Source of the DNA: Promethearchaeota archaeon
GTDB lineage: Archaea > Asgardarchaeota > Lokiarchaeia > Sigyniarchaeales > SOKP01
Assembly (NCBI GenBank): GCA_016926735.1
Contig: JAFGOA010000104.1
Coordinates: 1-29,004 of the forward strand
Direction of reading: 5' to 3'
DNA length: 29,004 bases
This document shows, one piece after another, positions 8,870-18,312 of the stretch. Position 1 is the stretch's first letter; every line of letters starts with the position of its first letter. The notes beneath the pieces are model-generated. The model saw only the letters and a program-made list of their open reading frames with translations. It had not been told where the DNA came from and did no database searches. The position numbers were made by a program, and so were the translations under genes.

Positions 8870-9757
8870 ATGGTATTAAATAAAAAAGGACTTCTTGCTA
8901 TAAATCAGAAAAATTATATCGCAGCTCTAAAATTTTTTGATGAAGCTCTGGAAATTAATCCCAACCACATTCAATTATGGAATAATAAAGGGCTCACTTA
9001 TCTTAATCTTAACCAATATGATAAAGCAATTGTATGTTTTGATATTGTTATAGAACTAGAACCTAAATATGTAAAATCCTGGACAAATAAAGGTATGGCA
9101 TTAGAAAGATTAAATTTTTTCAAAGATGCAATTAAATGCTATAATAAAGCTTTACAATATAATCCTGATGATGAAGTTGCAAAATTATATAAAAAAAATA
9201 TTACTAATAGACTCAAATATTATAAGGCTGCACATGGTCATTTTAAAGAAGCATTAGAAAGAAATCCTAACGATGCTATTGTTTGGAATCATAAAGCTCT
9301 TATTTTAAGTGCGATAAAGCAATATGATGAAGCTCTCCAATGTTTTAATAAAGCATTACAATTAGAACCTTTTAATACCGATATTTGGCATAATAAAGCC
9401 CTTACATTTACAGAAATTGGGCAATACCATGATGCTATTGATTGCTTTGATAAAGTATTGGAATTACAACCTGATAATATAAATGCATTAAGTAATAAAG
9501 GTCTTGCATATTCTGCTTTACAACATTATGAGGAAGCACTAACATGTTTAAATAGAGTATTAGAAATAAATCATCGTTATGCTTTTGCATTATATTCCCT
9601 TGCTCGTGTATATACCCTTTTAAAATATTATAATAAATCAATAGAGAATCTTAAAAAAGCTATTGAAATTGATATTAAGTATAAAAATCTAGCGAAATAT
9701 GAAAAAGATTTTGAAAATATAAAAGAGAATTCTGAGTTTCTTGAATTAATTAAATAA
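8870..9757 (+). CDS. Tetratricopeptide repeat (TPR) protein
   Basis: Multiple 34-aa repeats WxNKGxxxxxLxxYxxAIxCFDKALELxP; C-terminal cap ALYSLARVY...AKYEKDFENIK. Confidence 0.93.
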   Translation: MVLNKKGLLAINQKNYIAALKFFDEALEINPNHIQLWNNKGLTYLNLNQYDKAIVCFDIVIELEPKYVKSWTNKGMALERLNFFKDAIKCYNKALQYNPDDEVAKLYKKNITNRLKYYKAAHGHFKEALERNPNDAIVWNHKALILSAIKQYDEALQCFNKALQLEPFNTDIWHNKALTFTEIGQYHDAIDCFDKVLELQPDNINALSNKGLAYSALQHYEEALTCLNRVLEINHRYAFALYSLARVYTLLKYYNKSIENLKKAIEIDIKYKNLAKYEKDFENIKENSEFLELIK

Positions 9758-9976
9758 TAACCTTATATTTTTCTTTAAATCTTATTTAAAAATCGTTTTT
9801 TTAATCTGATCTTTTAATTATATCTGAAAAATGATAAAAAATCGAATAAAATAAAATAAGAAAAAAAATATATATATAATTGGGAGCTTTAGAATTATTT
9901 GAATTATTATTGAAAATTATGACCAATTTTCTTATAAATTCTAAAGTTTTTCCCTCTTAACTTCTTAAATAAGAAA

Positions 9977-10492
9977 TTAATTGAGACTATCTTCTGTATT
10001 GATATCAATTTTTTGTGGAGGTAATTTTTCGATTTTTATCTTCAATAATCCATTATTCATTTTTGAGATAATTTTTTCTCGATCAACATCTGAAGGTAAT
10101 GGAATATCTAAGTTTACATCTTTATTCCATAGGAAATTTAATAGATTATGACAAAAAATAAAACCACAATTAATATCTTCTTTATCATCTTTTTCCTTTT
10201 TATCTGATTCTTGTGAAGGTCTTTCTGCCTTGACGTTTAAATTATTACTAATTAAAGACACTTTTACATCTTCTTTTGAAAAACCAGGTAATGGGACAGT
10301 AATTAGATAATTATTGTCATGATCCTCGATATTATATGGAATCCATCCTTCAAAATTAGTCATACAATCTCTTATATGTCTCATAACTTTTCTTCCTATA
10401 TGCCCCATATCCATATGTACAAATGCCCTTGGACCACAATCCATACCTTTATAAAATCTATGTCCTCCACCATATTCATAAGTTTTATGCAT
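9977..10492 (-). CDS. Small heat-shock protein (Hsp20/alpha-crystallin family)
   Basis: PYNIED...YLITVPLPGFSKEDVKVS...IPLPSDVDREKIISKMNNGLLKIKIEK and C-terminal IDI motif; GAGG SD. Confidence 0.92.
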   Translation of the reverse strand: MHKTYEYGGGHRFYKGMDCGPRAFVHMDMGHIGRKVMRHIRDCMTNFEGWIPYNIEDHDNNYLITVPLPGFSKEDVKVSLISNNLNVKAERPSQESDKKEKDDKEDINCGFIFCHNLLNFLWNKDVNLDIPLPSDVDREKIISKMNNGLLKIKIEKLPPQKIDINTEDSLN

Positions 10493-10543
10493 TTTTTTTT
10501 ATACCTCTTTTTTTTGTTTTTATTTATTTTCAGATAATTTATT

Positions 10544-11194
10544 TCAAAAATCTTCAAATTCTTTATCATCATCAACTATAGGAATTGGTTTCGCACCATC
10601 TTCTCTTTTTTCAATTATTTTTTTGAGAATCTCTTCGTATGTATTTATCTGATTTTCCATTTTTTTAAGTCTATGTTTCAACCTCTTTTCTCTATGTTTT
10701 AATGATTGGATAGTCCTTTTTATATATTCAACATTTTCTCTTGATATATCGGTTGGATCTATTTCTTTATCATGAATACGATCACAAAATGGGAAACAAC
10801 TAAAAATTTGTTCCATATTATCATCGACCTTAATTCCTTCCATAATTGTTCTGATAAAACTCCCAAGTGTTTTTAAACTAGGTTCAAATTGACCTTCTAA
10901 AGCATTTTCTAATTCTACTATACCTTTTTGGGTTATTGTATATATTTTCTTTTTTCTGTTATTATCATCGATAATTTCCTCTGCCTTAACATATATTTTT
11001 CCTATTAACCTATCTAATAATGGATATATAGTACCTGCTGAAGCGTTCCAGATTGGTTTAAATTTGTTATTAACCTCTTGAATGATATCATATCCCGTTA
11101 TCTTTGGATTATTCTTAATGAGTGATAACACTAAGATTTCTAATCCTGATAAAGATCTTCCATGATGTCCACTAAATCTTTTACCAAAGAAAAT
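10544..11194 (-). CDS. PadR-family winged-helix regulator with C-terminal coiled coil; start extended to ATT 11194
   Basis: LSGLEILVLSLI...TGYDIIQEV...ASAGTIYPLLDRL...KKIYTITQKG. The frame stays open 21 codons upstream of the track start, includes helix 1, and reaches ATT 6 nt after AGGTGA (11201-11206). Confidence 0.88.
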   Translation of the reverse strand: MFFGKRFSGHHGRSLSGLEILVLSLIKNNPKITGYDIIQEVNNKFKPIWNASAGTIYPLLDRLIGKIYVKAEEIIDDNNRKKKIYTITQKGIVELENALEGQFEPSLKTLGSFIRTIMEGIKVDDNMEQIFSCFPFCDRIHDKEIDPTDISRENVEYIKRTIQSLKHREKRLKHRLKKMENQINTYEEILKKIIEKREDGAKPIPIVDDDKEFEDF

Positions 11195-11224
11195 GATTTT
11201 TCACCTATTTGAAATAAATTTTTA

Positions 11225-11316
11225 ATATTCGTTTAATGATATATATATATCTTAATTCGAATATGTTATATAATTATAGATAATTAACCTATATAAATAT
11301 ATCGGAAATCGAATAT
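11225..11316. promoter_or_regulatory. Three copies of a 20-bp quasi-palindromic operator ATATATCN-N5-CGAATAT upstream of padR-hsp20
   Basis: 11225-11244 (inverted: ATATATCATTAAACGAATAT), 11245-11264 (ATATATCTTAATTCGAATAT), 11297-11316 (ATATATCGGAAATCGAATAT). Confidence 0.6.
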
Positions 11317-11485
11317 CACAAAATATTGATGATAAAAGTAAGATAATATATATATTAGCTTAGTTTAAAGATAAAGAAGAAAATTATAATTGAAATTAAA
11401 TCTTTCTACTTAAAATTTATTTGAATTTATAAATAAGAAAAAGTAAGGTAAAAAATATCACTATTTTTTACCTATAGAAAGAAAA

Positions 11486-11584
11486 CAGGATTTCGCCTGA
11501 AAAATTCGTTATAATCGAATTTTTCTCCCATTCACTCCCATACTAAATATGGTAGAATATAATAGAAAATAATTTCTATTATAT
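11486..11584. repeat. Cluster of four consecutive inverted repeats in intergenic DNA
   Basis: CAGG/CCTG (11486-11499); GAAAAATTCG-7-CGAATTTTTC (11499-11525); CCATA/TATGG (11538-11552); ATATAATAGAAA-4-TTTCTATTATAT (11557-11584). Confidence 0.6.
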
Positions 11585-11792
11585 ATATATTAAATTATAT
11601 AATATCATATTTAAATGTTATGCAATTTTGTAAATACTTAATTAAGATCATATATAAACTGTACTATATGCTATATATATAAAAATATATTATATCAAAT
11701 TTTTATTGTAGAATTTTAGTCTTGATCCATTTATATATAAAAATTTACCTTCCGATATTAAATAAAAGTATATTATAAAAAGGCGAAAAAAA

Positions 11793-12389
11793 ATAAGAGA
11801 AATAATCAATATTCAAGGAAAAATTACACAATTTTCAGATTCTAAAAGAAATGCATTTTATATCCGAGATAATAATAATTCTATCTATTACTGTTTTAAA
11901 AATGGAAATGAAAATATTGGAGATCTTGCTGATGAGGTAAATATTGTTGGTTTTATCAACTTATCGAAGAAAATTTCTGTTAAATTTTTAGAGAATTTAA
12001 CAAAAAAGAAATCTTACGAACCAAAAATTAAGTCTAATATCTATTTATTGATTCCCCTTCCAATATTACTATTATGTTATTGTATTTATGGAATTATAGA
12101 ATCATTTCAATATTCATATGGATCATTATATCTGCCTATATACATAATGCCTATGATATATATCTTACCAATATTTTGTGCTCTTATAGCAAAAGAATTT
12201 AAAAAAAAAAGATATCTCAAAACATATATTACTGGGTGCAAAAAATTAGATAATATTGTAAGTATCTCTGATAATAATAAGGATACTAAATTAATTCAAT
12301 TAGAAAACAAATCTGAATTTTGTGGAATGTGTGGAAAAAAAAAGAATTCAAAAATGATTTATTGTCCTGATTGCGGTAATAAATTATAA
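11793..12389 (+). CDS. Membrane protein: beta-rich (OB-fold-like) N-domain, two TM helices, C-terminal zinc ribbon; ATA start (track ORF 12048 is truncated)
   Basis: Open frame from ATA 11793 after AGGCGA: (M)REIINIQGKITQFSDSKRNAFYIRD...YYCF...GDLADEVNIVGFI...ENLTKKKSY; C-terminal CGMC...CPDC. Confidence 0.75.
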   Translation: MREIINIQGKITQFSDSKRNAFYIRDNNNSIYYCFKNGNENIGDLADEVNIVGFINLSKKISVKFLENLTKKKSYEPKIKSNIYLLIPLPILLLCYCIYGIIESFQYSYGSLYLPIYIMPMIYILPIFCALIAKEFKKKRYLKTYITGCKKLDNIVSISDNNKDTKLIQLENKSEFCGMCGKKKNSKMIYCPDCGNKL

Positions 12390-12623
12390 TTCTTCTTAGA
12401 AAAAAGTATTAAAGGATTCACTTCAGGAATAAAAAGAGATATAAAGGCTAAAAAAATAGTTAATTTTTCATTAGATCGATCTATTTTTACCTTCATAATT
12501 CCACTTATTTTTTTTAAATAGAAAAATCGAGCTAATTATAAAATTTTAGTCGTGATGTATTTTTATATTTATAGCATCTATGTGATTATGTTATAAATAA
12601 GGTATTAAAAAGGTGAAAAAAAA

Positions 12624-13085
12624 ATAGGAACCTCAATAAAGATTCAAGGTATAATTAAAAATTTTCCCGATTCAAGAAAAACATCGTTTTATCTTGAAAA
12701 TTATCATCATGTAAGTTATTATTGCATTTTTTTAGGAGGAAAAGATTTCGGAGAACTTTTAGACGATGTTAAAATTCGTAGTTTTATCACAAATGATAAG
12801 AGAATTATAGTTTATCGTGTAGTAAATTTAACTAAAAATAAAATATATCATACAAAAACCCATAGGATACGTTTTCTAAGACATTTACCTTTAATCCTCT
12901 ATTTAATATTAGTTATTATAGCTTTATATTTTTCTATTGTTACATATTATGATTGGGGCTATGGTTTAGGTGTTCTTGCTTGGTTTTTTTCTTTTTTGGG
13001 AATATGGTTCTACTTAATAGTTATTGGATTTATGATAATTAGATACATATATATAAAACAATGGAATCAAAGAAAATTATTTTAA
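12624..13085 (+). CDS. Paralog of the preceding membrane protein (153 aa, no zinc ribbon); ATA start; absent from ORF track
   Basis: AGGTGA then ATA: (M)GTSIKIQGIIKNFPDSRKTSFYLEN...YYCI...GELLDDVKIRSFI...VNLTKNKIY, two TM helices, TAA 13083-13085. Confidence 0.75.
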   Translation: MGTSIKIQGIIKNFPDSRKTSFYLENYHHVSYYCIFLGGKDFGELLDDVKIRSFITNDKRIIVYRVVNLTKNKIYHTKTHRIRFLRHLPLILYLILVIIALYFSIVTYYDWGYGLGVLAWFFSFLGIWFYLIVIGFMIIRYIYIKQWNQRKLF

Positions 13086-13137
13086 GATGCTGAACATGTA
13101 ATAAGAATCAATAGAAAAAATATCATTATCTGCCTCT

Positions 13138-15384
13138 CTATATATCCATTATATTGGGAATTGAGTTTTTGTATAATTTTTCTAATTCGAAAACATCTAT
13201 TGAAAAATTTTTATCATCAAGACCAGAGACATTTATTTTTGGATCTGAAATGATTGAACCAATCTTATATATATCAACTTTAATCTTCTTAGCTAAATCT
13301 AATATTTCTTTTGTAGTAATCGATTCTACTTCAATTATAAATCTTCCAACACTTTCACTGAATAAAAACTCATCAATTCTCACTTTTTTATCATAGATGT
13401 TATCTAATTCTAAGTTTGCACCAAGTTTATTTTTAAAACACATTTCTGCAATCGAAATCAAGAATCCTCCTTTATTTATATCGTGATTTGCCTTAATTAA
13501 ATTTCTTTTATATAATTCTTGAATAAAATCCCATCTAGATTTAATATTATCTTCATCAACTCTAGGTGGTTTTCCTCCTTCCAAGTTATAAATTACAGAA
13601 TGATATTCAGATCCTCCTAACTCCGCTAGTGTTTCTCCTACTAATAAAATATCATTTCCTGGTTGTTTAAAAGGTAATGTAATAATATTATTTTCTCCTT
13701 CTATAAGCCCTACAATCATTATTATTGGTGTTGCCTTAATTGCTGTTTTAGTTACTTCATCTTCATTGTAAAAAGAAACATTTCCTCCAACAATAGGAAT
13801 TCTTAATTTTTTACAAAAGTCAGCCATACCTTTAACTGCATTAGAAAAGTACCAATAGGATTCAGGGATCTCTGGATTTCCAAAATTACAGCAATTAACC
13901 ATTGCTAATGGGGTGGCTCCAGATGCTAAGATATTCCCACAAACTTCTACTAAATTTCCTTTAGCACCATTATAGGGATCTAAATAACAATGTTTTGAGT
14001 TAGCTCCAACACTTGCTGAAATAAATTTATCTGTTCCAATTATCCTTAAGACTCCAGAATCACCATCTCCGCATTTTATAATCGATCGAATACCGACTTC
14101 ATGATCATATTGCCTATATATCCATTCCTTACTACATATATTTTCACTTGCTATTAATTCATATACTATTTCTTTCAAGGACTTAGTAGGATTTGGAGTT
14201 TTCTGAGATAAAAGAGTATCGAGAAATTTAGGTTGCTTTTCTTTTCTTTCTGCAATCGGAGATTCTGATAATGCCTTAGCTGGAAGCTTAACAACAAAGT
14301 CATCTTCATTATAGACTTTTAGCACTTTAGAATCATCAGTTCTCCCAATAACAGCATGAGCCATTTCATACTTTCTAAAGACATTTAAAACAGTCTCTAA
14401 ACCTTCGGGTTTTACTATAAACGCCATTCTTTCTTGAGATTCTGAAAGCATTATTTCAAATGAATTCATTCCTGGCTCTCTGGTAAATACTTTATTAATA
14501 TCAATAATTGCTCCTGTTCCACCGTCACCTGTTAGTTCACTAAGAGCGCAAGATAATCCTCCTCCTCCTAAATCTTTTAACCCTCTGACATAACCCGTCT
14601 TAATTGCTTCAAGAGTTGCTTCTATAATCAATTTTTTAGTAAAAGGATCTCCAATTTGGACCGCAGGGCGATCTTCTTCAGATTCCTCTGTTAAAGTTCT
14701 TGATGCAAATGTAACACCATGGATCCCATCCTTTCCTGTTGAACCACCCATTAGAATCACATAATCTCCTGGATTATAAGCTCGACTTGGAGCATGTTTA
14801 AAATCTTCAATTTTACCTAGACCGATACAAGCAACATTCACTAAACAGTTATTTTGAAAACTTTTATCAAATTCAACTTCCCCTCCAATTGTAGGGATTC
14901 CTGTACAATTTCCATAATCTGCTATACCTTTTACAACATATTTCAATAACCATTGAGAGTGAGGGTTATTCTTCAATGATCCAAATCTTAAAGGATCCAG
15001 AAGAGCAATTGGTCTTACACCCATACATAAAATATCTCTGATTATTCCTCCAATTCCTGTAGCAGCCCCATGGTATGGTTCTATAGCAGAAGGATGATTA
15101 TGGGATTCAATCCTAAATGCAAGACAATATCCATCACCAATATCAATTACTCCAGCATCTTGTCCTGGACCTGCTAAAACATAATTATAATTTTTCTCAG
15201 CATCTTCAAATAACCTTAATTTTGGTCGAGAAGATTTATAGGAACAATGTTCACTCCACATTACATCGAACATACCAATCTCAGTAATAGTGGGATCTCT
15301 TTCTAGAGTATCTTTTATATAAGTTACCTCTTTATCAGTTAGATCAACATCAATTTCATTATTTCCAACTTTTACTTTTCGCAT
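13138..15384 (-). CDS. purL: Phosphoribosylformylglycinamidine synthase subunit PurL
   Basis: MWSEHCSYKSS, ESHNHPSAIEPYHGAATGIGGIIRDI, DLGGGGL, LSESQERM, NFGNPE, GGNVSFYN. Confidence 0.98.
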   Translation of the reverse strand: MRKVKVGNNEIDVDLTDKEVTYIKDTLERDPTITEIGMFDVMWSEHCSYKSSRPKLRLFEDAEKNYNYVLAGPGQDAGVIDIGDGYCLAFRIESHNHPSAIEPYHGAATGIGGIIRDILCMGVRPIALLDPLRFGSLKNNPHSQWLLKYVVKGIADYGNCTGIPTIGGEVEFDKSFQNNCLVNVACIGLGKIEDFKHAPSRAYNPGDYVILMGGSTGKDGIHGVTFASRTLTEESEEDRPAVQIGDPFTKKLIIEATLEAIKTGYVRGLKDLGGGGLSCALSELTGDGGTGAIIDINKVFTREPGMNSFEIMLSESQERMAFIVKPEGLETVLNVFRKYEMAHAVIGRTDDSKVLKVYNEDDFVVKLPAKALSESPIAERKEKQPKFLDTLLSQKTPNPTKSLKEIVYELIASENICSKEWIYRQYDHEVGIRSIIKCGDGDSGVLRIIGTDKFISASVGANSKHCYLDPYNGAKGNLVEVCGNILASGATPLAMVNCCNFGNPEIPESYWYFSNAVKGMADFCKKLRIPIVGGNVSFYNEDEVTKTAIKATPIIMIVGLIEGENNIITLPFKQPGNDILLVGETLAELGGSEYHSVIYNLEGGKPPRVDEDNIKSRWDFIQELYKRNLIKANHDINKGGFLISIAEMCFKNKLGANLELDNIYDKKVRIDEFLFSESVGRFIIEVESITTKEILDLAKKIKVDIYKIGSIISDPKINVSGLDDKNFSIDVFELEKLYKNSIPNIMDI

Positions 15385-15385
15385 T

Positions 15386-16093
15386 TTATACCCTCTTCTC
15401 GATAAAATTCTTCATACTCTCAAAAAATAATTTTCCATGGATAGTTTTTTCTGGACTTAGAATTGACTCTGAAGCTCTTTCTGGATGTGGCATTAATCCA
15501 ACACATTTTTGTTCTAAATCACACACACCAGCTATATTTGCTAAAGAGCCATTTGGATTTGAATATTCTCCCATTTCTCCATTATTATCAACATATTTAA
15601 AGACGATTTGATTGTTATCTTGTAATTCTTTTAACTTATCTGTAAAATATCTTCCCTCTCCATGAGCTATTGGAATATTTAGAATACTTCCAAGTTCCAT
15701 CATATTTGTAAACGCTGTTTGATTATTTTCCACTCTTAATTTTACCCATTTACATATAAATTTTAGGGATTCATTTTGTAATAAAGCACCTGGAAGTAAT
15801 TGTGCTTCTGTTAGAATTTGAAATCCATTACAAATACCTATTATCGGTTTATCATCCTTTAACATTTGACGTGCTTCATCAATTGCAGGGCTATGGGCAG
15901 CAATTATCCCTGATCTTAGATAATCTCCAAATGAAAATCCACCAGGTAGAATTGCTCCATCAAATTGTGATCCTTTAAATTCATTATGCCAGACCAGTGT
16001 GGTCTCTATGGTCATTACATCGTTTAGTACGTGTAATGCATCTAAATCACAATTAGAACCAGGAAATTGAATAATTGCTATTTTTATACTCAT
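15386..16093 (-). CDS. purQ: FGAM synthase glutaminase subunit PurQ
   Basis: FPGSNCD, LPGGFSFGDYLR, GICNGFQIL, PIAHGEG, NPNGS, MPHPERA. Confidence 0.98.
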   Translation of the reverse strand: MSIKIAIIQFPGSNCDLDALHVLNDVMTIETTLVWHNEFKGSQFDGAILPGGFSFGDYLRSGIIAAHSPAIDEARQMLKDDKPIIGICNGFQILTEAQLLPGALLQNESLKFICKWVKLRVENNQTAFTNMMELGSILNIPIAHGEGRYFTDKLKELQDNNQIVFKYVDNNGEMGEYSNPNGSLANIAGVCDLEQKCVGLMPHPERASESILSPEKTIHGKLFFESMKNFIEKRV

Positions 16094-16099
16094 AATACT

Positions 16100-16369
16100 C
16101 TACTGATCTATTTCAGTCACCTTTAAAATATTTAGATTTTGAGTAATAGGATTATATATTCTCAAAATATTACACATTCGGACAATAATTTGTTCTGCCG
16201 AATCCTTATCTTCTGCTTGAAGAGAAATTTTTAAATATTGACCGCTTCTGACATGGGATACCATATCAAATCCCTTCTTAGCGATTAAATCTCTCTGAAT
16301 AGTATCAGCGACAGGGTCTCTTGCTGCTGACTTCAGAGTCATAACAATCTCAACAATGAAGCTTTTCAT
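16100..16369 (-). CDS. purS: FGAM synthase subunit PurS
   Basis: LKxxxRDP...VRSGQY...NPI pattern, 89 aa, first gene of purS-Q-L operon. Confidence 0.92.
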   Translation of the reverse strand: MKSFIVEIVMTLKSAARDPVADTIQRDLIAKKGFDMVSHVRSGQYLKISLQAEDKDSAEQIIVRMCNILRIYNPITQNLNILKVTEIDQ

Positions 16370-16489
16370 AATTATTGTAATTAATTATGAAATATAAGAT
16401 AAATTATTAGTAATAAAATAAAGAACAACTTTTAAAATAGAGCTTAAATCTTCATAATTGTTCTTAATTAACAAATATCTTATTTAATG

Positions 16490-16687
16490 TTAAAATAAAT
16501 TTGTTATTGCTAATAAAAGAAACGCTCCCGCTAGAAAAATCAAACTTCTCTTTAGATATAATGGGAAGTCTTGTTTTTTTGCTTTTGGAATCTGATTTTT
16601 ATTTAATTTAGCGATATTTAAAAGTAGATTGAATGCCCCTAATATAAATAATACACAAATAAAAATTAATAATATAGATACTATCAT
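16490..16687 (-). CDS. Small two-TM membrane protein (65 aa)
   Basis: Two hydrophobic segments separated by a basic loop; fills the gap between purC and purS. Confidence 0.55.
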   Translation of the reverse strand: MIVSILLIFICVLFILGAFNLLLNIAKLNKNQIPKAKKQDFPLYLKRSLIFLAGAFLLLAITNLF

Positions 16688-16835
16688 AATTTTATAACTA
16701 TTTAAAGAAATAAAAGAAATCTTATAAAAATCACCAAATTCTCTATTAACGATCTATTTTATATATTGCTAATAAACATTGAAAAATAAGGAAAAAAAAA
16801 AGACCTAATATATGAGAAATATAATGTGTGTTATT

Positions 16836-17813
16836 TTATATCAAATTAATTTTTTTAAGATTTTCTTCTATTCTTTCTTTAATATTTGATACAATTGGTC
16901 GAAATTCCACTCCAGTTATTTTTTCATAACTTTTCATATATCTTTTTGCTAATTCAATCTTTATGTCTTCAGATATAGGAGGTATTTGCTTTTCTGGTTT
17001 TATATTTGGAAAAATATCAGGATAGGTATTCATAAGCCATTCTCGAAAGATTTCTTTATCTAAAATTTCAGGTTCTTCATTATTATCAAATTTTTCTTGA
17101 TATGTATCAAGAATCCAAAATCGGGAAGAATCTTGTGTATGAATCTCATCTATCACCATTAATTTTCCATTTTTCATTCCAAATTCATATTTTGTATCTA
17201 CTAATATTAAACCTTGCTTTTTGCAATATTCTTGACCAAATTTAAAGAGTTTAATTGCTGCATCCTCCATTTGATCATAAATTTTCTTGTCCACTAAATT
17301 TTGATTAATTATTTCATCTCTAGAAATATAAATATCATGACCAGATTCTGCTTTAGTTGAAGGAGTTACAAAAATATCATCTAAAATTTGATTTTTTTTC
17401 ATTCCTTTAGGAGGCATTTTTCCTGATGTTGGCAATCCCTTTTGATAATTTCTCCATGATGTTCCAGTTAAATATGCCCTAATAATGATTTCTATTGGAA
17501 TAGATTCACATTGGTGTACTATTGAAACATTAGGATCTGGTATTTCAATAATGTGATTTTTTACAATATCTTTTGTTTTTTCAAACCAAAATGAAGAAAT
17601 TTGATTTAGCATTTGTCCTTTAAATGGGATTGTAGTAATTACTCTATCAAACGCAGATAATCTATCCGTTGCGATAATTATTCTTTTATCATCTAATATA
17701 TAATTATCTCTCACTTTTCCATGATATAGTTTTCCAAGTGATGAAAAATTTGTATTGTCTAAAGTATAATCTAATTGCTGTTTTATTATATCATCAATAT
17801 TATTTTGAACCAT
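16836..17813 (-). CDS. purC: SAICAR synthetase
   Basis: GKVRDNY, TDRLSAFD, TPSTKA, LVDTKYEFG, DEIHTQDSSRFW, LDKE. Confidence 0.97.
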   Translation of the reverse strand: MVQNNIDDIIKQQLDYTLDNTNFSSLGKLYHGKVRDNYILDDKRIIIATDRLSAFDRVITTIPFKGQMLNQISSFWFEKTKDIVKNHIIEIPDPNVSIVHQCESIPIEIIIRAYLTGTSWRNYQKGLPTSGKMPPKGMKKNQILDDIFVTPSTKAESGHDIYISRDEIINQNLVDKKIYDQMEDAAIKLFKFGQEYCKKQGLILVDTKYEFGMKNGKLMVIDEIHTQDSSRFWILDTYQEKFDNNEEPEILDKEIFREWLMNTYPDIFPNIKPEKQIPPISEDIKIELAKRYMKSYEKITGVEFRPIVSNIKERIEENLKKINLI

Positions 17814-17872
17814 ATTTTAGAAAATTGAAAAATAAATTAAAATTTATTTTAATGTCACATTAATACTTTAAA

Positions 17873-18271
17873 TTATTTCTTGGACTTCTTTGAGTTTTTT
17901 TTATAGTATTTTCCATCATAAAATTCTTTATTTGAATATCTTTCTCTATTACTATTCATTTTCTCATTAAAAGCTAAAGTTAAATCGATATTTAAAGTGT
18001 TTATAAAACTAATGAGATAAATAAAAACATCTGCAACTTCATCCTTTATATTTTTAAATAGTGTTTTATCTTGAAGAATATCTTTTTTCTCTAAATCTCT
18101 AAATAAAAAGAGTTCAGATAATTCAGAAAGCTCTATGTTCATCGCTTGTATGAGATTTTGAGGAGTATGATACTTAGTCCATTTTCGAGATTCAATAAAC
18201 TCTTTTACACTTTCTTTAAAAAAACCTATATTTGTATTATCATCATTTTTATCTATTCTAGAGTCTATCAT
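17873..18271 (-). CDS. MazG-like nucleotide pyrophosphohydrolase (dCTP pyrophosphatase-like)
   Basis: RKWTKYHTPQNL...ELSELSELF...DEVADVFIYL...KMNSNRERY. Confidence 0.88.
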   Translation of the reverse strand: MIDSRIDKNDDNTNIGFFKESVKEFIESRKWTKYHTPQNLIQAMNIELSELSELFLFRDLEKKDILQDKTLFKNIKDEVADVFIYLISFINTLNIDLTLAFNEKMNSNRERYSNKEFYDGKYYKKNSKKSKK

Positions 18272-18312
18272 AAATTTAAAAAACAGTTATTTAAGTTAAT
18301 CTATATGTGAAT

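Noticed and set aside
9435-9641. 68-aa - strand ORF
   Set aside because: Antisense to TPR gene; no motif.
10319-10537. 72-aa + strand ORF
   Set aside because: Antisense to hsp20.
13154-13396. 80-aa + strand ORF
   Set aside because: Antisense to purL.
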